Shown here piece by piece: positions 7,826 through 13,671 of a stretch of DNA of 15,362 nt (positions are counted from its first letter, which is position 1; each line of letters begins with the position of its first letter). Under the pieces are notes generated by a model, which was not told where the DNA came from, searched no databases, and was given only the letters and a program-made list of their open reading frames with translations. Position numbers and translations under genes: made by a program. Location of the stretch: positions 1-15,362 of the forward strand of contig JBBQVG010000022.1 of the NCBI GenBank assembly GCA_038211765.1. Reading direction: 5' to 3'. Origin of the DNA: Minisyncoccia bacterium. Its GTDB lineage: Bacteria > Patescibacteriota > Minisyncoccia > Phycocordibacterales > PALSA-1337.

Positions 7826-8259
7826 CTGCAACAGAACAAAAGATGTGTCCAGGGAAGGCACTGCTATCCCGCTTCGATCGGAGCGCCATGTCTCAATAAA
7901 AATGACGGGCGCTCGGAAAGGAGCGGGATGAGGAACCTTAAAAATGCACATCATGAGTGATGGCACGACCATGACCCACGCCGAGTGGCTGGCATGGTTG
8001 CGCGGGGAGTAGTAGTACTCCCTATGCTGTGACTGCAGTAATGTAGCGCACGGAGTATGGGTATCAGCTTGGCAAAAGAAATGATACAGCAGACCCACTG
8101 CGACAAGGGAAAGGTATCCATACCTACACAAATGGAGATGCACGCAGAGTTAACAACGCAAATAATTCTGCGTGCATATAGGGGGGAACTCATGTTCCCC
8201 ACTTTATCAGGTTCGTTTTGGAAATGAGCCTGCAAAGTGTCCGTCAGTTAGAAAAAGTA

Positions 8260-8269
8260 GTTCTTTACA
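8260..8269 (+). promoter_or_regulatory. boxA-like motif copy 1 (GTTCTTTACA)
   Basis: Same 10-mer at 8698 and 10025, related versions at 9167 and 10353. Resembles bacterial rrn boxA (GCTCTTTAACA; Bacillus-type GTTCTTTGAAAAC). Confidence 0.45.
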
Positions 8270-8272
8270 ATA

Positions 8273-8328
8273 GTGTCTGCACTATCTTGCATCTAAAGTG
8301 ATGCGTAGATGCGAGATAGTGCAGATAC
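8273..8328 (+). repeat. Long near-perfect stem-loop
   Basis: TCTGCACTATCTTGCATCTA (8276-8295) versus TAGATGCGAGATAGTGCAGA (8306-8325), 20 bp with one G.U pair and a 10-nt loop, extendable by 3 bp. Confidence 0.9.
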
Positions 8329-8697
8329 TTCGCAGGTATCCGAGCACGCTGTGTGACCCGGTACAACCCGGCGTATAGTAACCTCTTTTTCACATGGATG
8401 AGAGGTAAGGGCGCACGGAGTTCCCGTGACCACCCGAAAAGTAGTGAGTGCGAATGAAAGCTTCAGCTTTCATTGGCCCGGAAAGCTCAGCATTGGTGCT
8501 GAGTAACCGTTTGTTTCGCCACATCGCGCTTCTACCAGGAAGCGGAGGTTGTGGGAAACATCTCATTGCATGGGTGCTGTGTACACCCGAGACATGCTGG
8601 AGCATGTTCTCACTGCGAGTTTTTCGGTTCGCTCATTCAACCCAAATGAGCATCTTATTGAATCAATGACATGAAGTCGTTGATTCAAAGGAATTTG

Positions 8698-8707
8698 GTT
8701 CTTTACA
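8698..8707 (+). promoter_or_regulatory. boxA-like motif copy 2 (GTTCTTTACA)
   Basis: Directly after a stem-loop (CCAAAT...ATTTGG enclosing TTGAATCAATGAC/GTCGTTGATTCAA) and just before the ATG at 8709. Confidence 0.45.
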
Positions 8708-8708
8708 T

Positions 8709-9014
8709 ATGAAAACTTTACTATTGTTCGTCTTCGCGGCATTTGTGCTCGTCGGATGTGTTCCGGAGCAAAGCGCACCCCGATCGCTTACCTATTTTCC
8801 AACTAATAATTGGCAGGTAGTGAGTGTGACGGAAGGTGAGGTGGTGGTCGAAACAAAATCGACCAACTTGCCCCTGCGATACAGGGTAGTCCGAGCTACT
8901 CCTGTTACGCCACTGACCAACGGTCAGTTTGCGAGGGTTGAGCTCACTTTGAAACGCCATCTGTACAACCCTGACGAGGTTGCCACAGCTCGAGCGTTTC
9001 CGGCGGACCACTGA
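8709..9014 (+). CDS. Small putative lipoprotein
   Basis: 101 aa. MKTLLLFVFAAFVLVGC is a signal peptide with a lipobox-like LVGC. No family recognised. Confidence 0.7.
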   Translation: MKTLLLFVFAAFVLVGCVPEQSAPRSLTYFPTNNWQVVSVTEGEVVVETKSTNLPLRYRVVRATPVTPLTNGQFARVELTLKRHLYNPDEVATARAFPADH

Positions 9015-9110
9015 GGCGAGACCATGGATGTCTATAAACTCCCGTAATACTCTGGGGAAGCTCCAGGGCGCCTAACAAGCGGAAACTGTTGGGATGATGC
9101 AAATCGTCTC

Positions 9111-9163
9111 TCTGTTCTCGAGATGAGTATCTCGACTGACGAGTCTGAAAAGACGAAAACAGA
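9111..9163 (+). ncRNA. Type III hammerhead ribozyme 1 (predicted cleavage 9117/9118)
   Basis: Stem III TCTGTT/AACAGA; UUC cleavage triplet; stem I TCGAGA-TGAGTA-TCTCGA; core CTGACGA; stem II GTCT-GAAA-AGAC; core GAAA. Confidence 0.9.
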
Positions 9164-9166
9164 AAC

Positions 9167-9176
9167 GTTCTTTGAG
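9167..9176 (+). promoter_or_regulatory. boxA-like motif copy 3 (GTTCTTTGAG)
   Basis: Three nt after the end of hammerhead 1. Confidence 0.4.
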
Positions 9177-9184
9177 TTAATAAA

Positions 9185-9250
9185 GCATTTCACCTCCGCT
9201 TTTTCTATTTCATTATTTTTGGAATAAAGAAAGCGGAGGTGTAAAAATGC
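9185..9250 (+). promoter_or_regulatory. RBS/start-sequestering hairpin
   Basis: GCATTT+CACCTCCGCTTT pairs with AAAGCGGAGGTG+taa bulge+AAATGC. The 3' arm holds GGAGGTG and the ATG at 9247. Confidence 0.75.
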
Positions 9251-9429
9251 CATTCTGCCGTCCCAAAGGGTCGGAGCTGGTTGCGATCATTGGTCGTAGC
9301 CTTCTCAGTAGTTGGGTGCACTCAAGCGTTGGCAGGCTGAAATCTGTCTTGGTAACCCCAGTAAAGAAGAAATTCTTTACACTTGAGAGTCGCAACTGCA
9401 AGCCGTATGAAGAGTACCTCTTCATTTGA
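9247..9429 (+). CDS. Small hypothetical protein (60 aa)
   Basis: Excellent Shine-Dalgarno (GGAGGTG) 5 nt upstream. No family recognised. Confidence 0.5.
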   Translation: MPFCRPKGSELVAIIGRSLLSSWVHSSVGRLKSVLVTPVKKKFFTLESRNCKPYEEYLFI

Positions 9430-9471
9430 ATCATTAGCAAATATCGATGGTAGTCCATCGGAGATGATTCA
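9427..9471 (+). repeat. Nested stem-loop at the ORF stop codon
   Basis: TGAATCAT/ATGATTCA enclosing CGATGG-TAGT-CCATCG. Confidence 0.75.
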
Positions 9472-9477
9472 CGGAAG

Positions 9478-9513
9478 GGAGGTGTTGGGGTAATTCAAAA
9501 CCCTGACACCTCC
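9478..9513 (+). promoter_or_regulatory. Hairpin upstream of the 52-aa ORF
   Basis: GGAGGTGT/ACACCTCC with inner GGGT/ACCC. Confidence 0.7.
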
Positions 9514-9537
9514 TATCATCCTTATTTAGGAAAATTT

Positions 9538-9696
9538 ATGGGGATGGGAGCAAAGTCTTTCAAAACCACTGGAGGGTCAGGGGGCAAGAAAGGTCACTCC
9601 AACATGGTTCATTGGACGTTCACTGAGGAAATCAAAGTGATCGCCAAGAAGGCACGCAGGATGGCCGATCGAGCTCTCTCCCGTCCGCGGGAGTAG
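9538..9696 (+). CDS. Small basic hypothetical protein (52 aa)
   Basis: MGMGAKSFKTTGGSGGKKGHSNMVHWTFTEEIKVIAKKARRMADRALSRPRE. Below the ORF-track length cutoff, read by eye. Confidence 0.45.
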   Translation: MGMGAKSFKTTGGSGGKKGHSNMVHWTFTEEIKVIAKKARRMADRALSRPRE

Positions 9697-9972
9697 GAAG
9701 CAATAACACCTGTAAAATGGTTGCCACAAAATCCGGTGGTGTAAATCAAGGTAAAAAGTTTTGTCCCCATTTCGTAAAATGGAGAGCCTAGAGGAAGCAG
9801 AGCCTCACGCAGTCGGAGCCGTATGGCTAGTATAGAGGTAACAGAGATCGACACTCTATTGCGTCCGAAGACTTGGTTGGCTAGTCTCCAACCCTAAGAT
9901 CGAGCACGGCCCAGTCGTGGGATACTCTAGTGGAAGTAACTAAAATCCACTCTTGATGACATTGTCATCAAG

Positions 9973-10024
9973 TTCTGTCTCAGAATGTAATTCTGACTGA
10001 TGAGCTCAAAAGAGCGAAACAGAA
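9973..10024 (+). ncRNA. Type III hammerhead ribozyme 2 (predicted cleavage 9979/9980)
   Basis: Stem III TTCTGT/ACAGAA; canonical GUC triplet; stem I TCAGAA-TGTAA-TTCTGA; core CTGATGA; stem II GCTC-AAAA-GAGC; core GAAA. Confidence 0.95.
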
Positions 10025-10034
10025 GTTCTTTACA
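10025..10034 (+). promoter_or_regulatory. boxA-like motif copy 4 (GTTCTTTACA)
   Basis: Directly abuts the 3' end of hammerhead 2. Confidence 0.45.
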
Positions 10035-10037
10035 ATC

Positions 10038-10089
10038 ATGTTCATAGTATTCTGAATATTTATATAGGTACTTAGAATACTATGAATAT
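10038..10089 (+). promoter_or_regulatory. Start-codon-sequestering hairpin
   Basis: ATGTTCATAGTATTCT pairs with AGAATACTATGAATAT (16 bp, one G.U). The ATG at 10082 lies in the 3' arm. Confidence 0.75.
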
Positions 10090-10258
10090 GAAAATGAAAG
10101 TACTGTTTATCAGTATCGCCGGGCTCTGGGCAGTTGCTGCTTGGGCGAGTTACGAGCCCCACGTTCTTTTGATGAACGTGGCGAGTGTGTTGGGATTGCA
10201 GCTAGGTATCATTTATTTGGTACTTGAGCGGCGGCACACGAGGCGCGTGACCAAGTGA
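10082..10258 (+). CDS. Small putative membrane or secreted protein (58 aa)
   Basis: MNMKMKVLFISIAGLWAVAAWASYEPHVLLMNVASVLGLQLGIIYLVLERRHTRRVTK, two hydrophobic stretches. Confidence 0.55.
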   Translation: MNMKMKVLFISIAGLWAVAAWASYEPHVLLMNVASVLGLQLGIIYLVLERRHTRRVTK

Positions 10259-10298
10259 GGGACTTGAATACCCCTTCTCCATCCAGTGAGAAACTGGA

Positions 10299-10349
10299 TT
10301 GCTCTCGAGATGTGTGTCTCGACTGATGAGTCCGAAAGGACGAAAGCAG
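10299..10349 (+). ncRNA. Type III hammerhead ribozyme 3 (predicted cleavage 10304/10305)
   Basis: Stem III (T)TGCT/AGCA(G); CUC triplet; stem I TCGAGA-TGTGTG-TCTCGA; core CTGATGA; stem II GTCC-GAAA-GGAC; core GAAA. Confidence 0.93.
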
Positions 10350-10352
10350 AGT

Positions 10353-10362
10353 GTTCTTCGTA
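10353..10362 (+). promoter_or_regulatory. Degenerate boxA-like motif copy 5 (GTTCTTCGTA)
   Basis: Three nt after hammerhead 3, same relative position as copies 3 and 4. Confidence 0.3.
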
Positions 10363-10366
10363 AATT

Positions 10367-10424
10367 GATGTTCATAATAATCTTATTTTTGAATATCATC
10401 AGAAATTAGATTATTATGAACATC
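10367..10424 (+). promoter_or_regulatory. Perfect 17-bp start-codon-sequestering hairpin
   Basis: GATGTTCATAATAATCT (10367-10383) is the exact reverse complement of AGATTATTATGAACATC (10408-10424), which contains the ATG at 10416. Confidence 0.85.
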
Positions 10425-10844
10425 AAAATCATCTCTGCATCTGTAGCTACTCACCAGCTATTCAGTCAACACGCATACATCAAAGCTGATCTCTGGTTCC
10501 CAACTCTGTTTGGAGGGGATCGTATCTCATGTTGTGATGAGGCTGTGGTCGTTGAAGTCAGTGGTACAATCGTCGCTTTGGCGACTATCGCTCCAGAAGG
10601 AGAAATGACCTCAGGTGTTCCCACTATTGTTGGTCTATATACAGTACGTGGTCACCGGAAGTCCGGATACGCACGCCTGGCTTTCGAAGCGGCGGTTAAG
10701 AGGGGAATCGAACGTGGGTTTACCAAGATCCGCGTTGACACGCTCTCTAAGGGAGCTTTGAGAATCACGAAAACGATGCCAATGGAACTGTCACAAGTTC
10801 TAGAGGTTGGCCTCCAGATCCTTCTTTGTGGATTCCTGGAATAA
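10416..10844 (+). CDS. GNAT-family acetyltransferase-like protein
   Basis: 142 aa. VALATIAPEGEMTSGVPTIVGLYTVRGHRKSGYARLAFEAAVKRGIERGFTKIRVDTLSKGA resembles the GNAT acetyl-CoA binding region. Confidence 0.7.
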   Translation: MNIKIISASVATHQLFSQHAYIKADLWFPTLFGGDRISCCDEAVVVEVSGTIVALATIAPEGEMTSGVPTIVGLYTVRGHRKSGYARLAFEAAVKRGIERGFTKIRVDTLSKGALRITKTMPMELSQVLEVGLQILLCGFLE

Positions 10845-10949
10845 TTTTGCGAAAGCAAGAGGTGCTCACTACCTATAACAAAGTGTGAGCTGTTCGGCGA
10901 AACTGGTTGGTCACCAGTGTGCCGCTTCAGTGAAAAAAGCGGGAGGAGG

Positions 10950-11147
10950 ATGTGCATGAAAAAGCACTCTACTTCTCGGAAGAATGTTGAGCCCGTTACC
11001 GACGCCATCGTGGATAAGGGAATGAAGCTTCTCAAAAATCCGAGAGTGCCTAAAAAGATCAAGCGGCAATTGGTTGAAGCTGCATTTCACGGAGTTCAAA
11101 CCGGTGAAGTCAGTTTCTCCCAGCTCTGCAAGATCTCGAGGGCATGA
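10950..11147 (+). CDS. Small hypothetical basic protein
   Basis: In-frame ATG after GGGAGGAGG: MCMKKHSTSRKNVEPVTDAIVDKGMKLLKNPRVPKKIKRQLVEAAFHGVQTGEVSFSQLCKISRA. The ORF track starts upstream at 10917. Confidence 0.55.
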   Translation: MCMKKHSTSRKNVEPVTDAIVDKGMKLLKNPRVPKKIKRQLVEAAFHGVQTGEVSFSQLCKISRA

Positions 11148-11150
11148 CTG

Positions 11151-11321
11151 ATGGACAGACATCCGAAGGATGCGCAGGGCTCGGCAGATAAGAGTCCTAA
11201 CCTTCGATTCAGAAGCGCAATTGTTGTCACCTTTGTAAAGCGTGAGCCTCGTATGCAGTACGTTGGGAAGAGTGACTTCCTGAGAACAAATAGTCACGAA
11301 AAAACCGCACTCCATTATTGA
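11151..11321 (+). CDS. Possible small ORF (56 aa) running into the terminator
   Basis: MDRHPKDAQGSADKSPNLRFRSAIVVTFVKREPRMQYVGKSDFLRTNSHEKTALHY. No clear RBS. Confidence 0.3.
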   Translation: MDRHPKDAQGSADKSPNLRFRSAIVVTFVKREPRMQYVGKSDFLRTNSHEKTALHY

Positions 11322-11341
11322 CGTGCGGTTTCATCATTTTT
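11296..11341. terminator. Bidirectional terminator between the array and rny
   Basis: AAACCGCAC/GTGCGGTTT stem with an A run 5' and T-rich sequence 3'. Confidence 0.8.
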
Positions 11342-11351
11342 ATACTTATGT

Positions 11352-12884
11352 TTACCTCGCAAACTCCAACGCTCTTGTCTCTCGTATGACCATAACTTTG
11401 ATCTCGCCGGGATATTTGAGGTCTTTCTCGATCTTGGTGGCGATGTCGCGGGCTAGGTTCTTGGCTTCGAGGTCGCCGAGCTCCTCTGGCTTCACGAAGA
11501 TGCGGATCTCACGGCCTGCTTGGAGGGCGTATGACTTTTCTATACCAGGGAATGAGTTGGCCAGAGCCTCGAGATCACCTAGACGTTTGAGGTAGTTTTC
11601 GATATTGTCACGACGAGCACCAGGACGGGCACCAGAGATGGCGTCTGCTGTCTGGACGATGCGGGACTCGATGGTTTCGTACGGATATTCTTCATGGTGA
11701 GCTTGCATGGCCTTGATGATATCTTCAGGGGCACCGAACTTTTGGAGGATGCGGCGACCGATCTCTACGTGAGTGCCGCCGACTTCGTGGTCGAGGGCCT
11801 TGCCGAGGTCGTGGAGGAGGGCACCGGCCTTGGCGACCTGAACGTTGGCACCGAGCTCCTCGGCGATCATACCGGCGATGTGTGACATCTCAATAGAGTG
11901 TTGGAGAACGTTTTGTCCATAACTTGTGCGGAAGTGGAGGCGCCCCAAGATGAGGAGAATACGTGGATCAAGACCGATGACTCCGCACTCGAAGGCAGCA
12001 GCCTCACCCTTTTCTTTGATGGTTTTATTTATATCCTGCTTGGCTTTTTCCACAGTAGACTCGATCTTGGCAGGTTGGATGCGACCATCCTTGATGAGTT
12101 CACGAAGTGCAGTGGCAGCGGTATGGCGACGTACTGGGTCAAATGAAGAAATAGTGATGGCACCAGGTGTGTCGTCGATCATTACCTCCACACCGGTCAT
12201 ACGTTCGAAGGCCTTGATGTTGCGACCTTCCTTGCCGATGACCTTGCCTTTGACATCGTCCGATGGGATCTCGACTATAGTTGACATCACATCGGAATTC
12301 ACTGCCGTGGCTAGGCGCTGTATGGATATAGCTAGGATGTCTTTGGCTCTCTTCTCCAACATATCTTCCCCCTGAGTTTCGAGCTTGTTCATGCGTACAA
12401 GGAAATCCTGTTCGGATTGCTTCTCGATGAGTTTCATAAGCTCGCCCTTGGCTTCGTCTGCGGACATATGAGAAATCTTCTCGAGAGCCTTTGCGCGATC
12501 TCCTTCGAGCTTGTCAGCTTGTTCGCGGATGGCCTTGATCTCAGCCACGCGCTGTTTGATCATTTCTACTTCTCTATCTATGTCTGACTGTCGCTTATCC
12601 AAAAGGTCCTCCTTCTTTATCAGGCGGTCCTCAGCATGTTTGTGCTTTTCTTCTTTCTCCTTCAATTCTCTCTTTACTTCTTCCAATCTTTCCTTGGCGT
12701 TTTGTTCGGCTTCGGTGGTGATCTTCTTGGCTTCTTCTTTTGCGGCAAGAAGCATGGCCTTGATCTCGAGCTCCATGGAACCTTTCTTTCCCAAGGAGAT
12801 GATCAGGCGCAAGTAGTACCCGATGGCTATGCCAACTAGGCCAGCGATGGCCAGGAAGACGGCTATTAATTTTAATGAATACAT
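11352..12884 (-). CDS. rny: Ribonuclease Y
   Basis: 510 aa. N-terminal TM plus coiled coil, KH region (GKVIGKEGRNIKAFERMTGVEVMIDDTPGAITISSFDPVRR), HD domain (AGALLHDLGKALDHEVGGTHVEIG). Confidence 0.98.
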   Translation of the reverse strand: MYSLKLIAVFLAIAGLVGIAIGYYLRLIISLGKKGSMELEIKAMLLAAKEEAKKITTEAEQNAKERLEEVKRELKEKEEKHKHAEDRLIKKEDLLDKRQSDIDREVEMIKQRVAEIKAIREQADKLEGDRAKALEKISHMSADEAKGELMKLIEKQSEQDFLVRMNKLETQGEDMLEKRAKDILAISIQRLATAVNSDVMSTIVEIPSDDVKGKVIGKEGRNIKAFERMTGVEVMIDDTPGAITISSFDPVRRHTAATALRELIKDGRIQPAKIESTVEKAKQDINKTIKEKGEAAAFECGVIGLDPRILLILGRLHFRTSYGQNVLQHSIEMSHIAGMIAEELGANVQVAKAGALLHDLGKALDHEVGGTHVEIGRRILQKFGAPEDIIKAMQAHHEEYPYETIESRIVQTADAISGARPGARRDNIENYLKRLGDLEALANSFPGIEKSYALQAGREIRIFVKPEELGDLEAKNLARDIATKIEKDLKYPGEIKVMVIRETRALEFAR

Positions 12885-13111
12885 ATGCGGAATGATCCGC
12901 CTCTAGGGACTAGGGTGATAGTAACGTATGAGATGTTGCGAGCTTCAGAGTCGAGAAATCGGAGAAAACAGCCAAGGATGGTAGGGTAAATCGGAAGTGC
13001 TGAAGAAGTAAGGTAATCATAAGTTGGTGTCACGCAGGTCTGCAAGGCGAAATCAATAATTTAAATTTGGTAACACTTGTAATATACAATAAATGAGGGT
13101 TATTTGTCTAC

Positions 13112-13309
13112 TTACCAAATAATTGATGATGAGTGCCGACGCGGTGTAACAAGAAATCCTTCGTATTCATGTTTGAGCTTATGGTTGTTGAGAAGTGGAT
13201 CAAATTCATTAAGTGTAAAAATCCTTATACGTTCATTAACTTTTTCACAGATCTCCTTTTGGAGCCTCTTCCAATCTTTTGTGAATAGTGATGACCAATG
13301 AATTATCAT
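13112..13309 (-). pseudogene. RelE/YafQ-like toxin, apparently truncated or C-terminally decayed
   Basis: 65 aa with RelE-like N-terminal features (FTKDWKRLQKEICEKVNERIRIFTLNEFDPLLNNHKLKHEYEGF). The usual C-terminal strand region is replaced by LVTPRRHSSSIIW. Confidence 0.5.
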
Positions 13310-13326
13310 AAAGTAGGTAGGACATA

Positions 13327-13611
13327 TTAAGAGTTTAGGGCAGCAATAAGTTCGTCCACCGAATGAGCCACTGGTAATTTTCCCTCCCTGTATTCTTTTT
13401 CTCCTTTTAATAAGGACGCAATTGTTTTCTTGTTTAGTACGTATTCTTCTTCTGTAGTCAGGCTCACCCCTTTATTACGCACAAACTGGCGAAGAAGGGC
13501 ATTGACGAGCGTGCCGAGAGGCAACCCGATCTGTTCGGCGGTTTTCTGGGCGGCCTGCTTGAGATTCTTGTCGATTTTGACTGTGAGTAAGGTTTTAGTA
13601 TTTGTAGTCAT
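13327..13611 (-). CDS. RelB/DinJ-family antitoxin
   Basis: MTTNTKTLLTVKIDKNLKQAAQKTAEQIGLPLGTLVNALLRQFV is RelB/DinJ-like RHH sequence. Start taken at the in-frame ATG at 13611. Confidence 0.8.
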   Translation of the reverse strand: MTTNTKTLLTVKIDKNLKQAAQKTAEQIGLPLGTLVNALLRQFVRNKGVSLTTEEEYVLNKKTIASLLKGEKEYREGKLPVAHSVDELIAALNS

Positions 13612-13671
13612 ATACCCAAGTATATACTTCGGTATGATGGTGTCAATAAAAATCAACATACGTCAGGATCA

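Larger units (their letters stand above)
7832..8640 (+). ncRNA. Long hairpin-rich, probably non-coding leader RNA of unknown family
   Basis: About 800 nt dense in complementary segments: ATCCCGCT/AGCGGGAT enclosing GAGCGCC/GGCGCTC, TGCACGCAGA/TCTGCGTGCA, GGGGAAC/GTTCCCC, a 20-bp stem at 8276-8325, AATGAAAGCT/AGCTTTCATT, CTCAGCA/TGCTGAG, ACATGCT/AGCATGT. No convincing long + strand ORF. Confidence 0.55.

Noticed and set aside
8181-8205. GGGGAAC-TCAT-GTTCCCC as a transcription terminator
   Set aside because: Followed by ACTTTA rather than a T run; better treated as part of the leader RNA structure.
7826-8640. Assignment as RNase P, tmRNA, or group I/II intron
   Set aside because: I could not find the RNase P P4 motifs, a tmRNA acceptor/T-arm, or group I P7 / group II domain V signatures. 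cmscan would settle it.
8448-8669. 73-aa + strand ORF
   Set aside because: It runs through several strong hairpins (AATGAAAGCT/AGCTTTCATT, CTCAGCA/TGCTGAG, ACATGCT/AGCATGT) and has no clear RBS or family signature; more likely part of the structured RNA.
7778-9011. Minus-strand ORFs 7778-8143, 7951-8235, 8390-8605, 8563-8778 and 8721-9011
   Set aside because: Mutually overlapping, low-complexity-like proteins lacking family features, antisense to the predicted structured RNA or the lipoprotein ORF.
9070-9098. attC-like core boxes GCCTAAC...GTTGGGA before hammerhead 1
   Set aside because: Only about 11 nt separate the boxes, the last base breaks GTTRRRY, there is no L'/L'' pairing, and equivalent boxes were not found at the other modules.
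4548-9919. Shared GGCCCAGT(CGT) strings near 4557, 7090 and 9908
   Set aside because: Matches of 8-11 nt are expected by chance in a 15-kb window and the contexts are structurally different.
11694-12839. Plus-strand ORFs over rny
   Set aside because: All are antisense to a well supported RNase Y gene.
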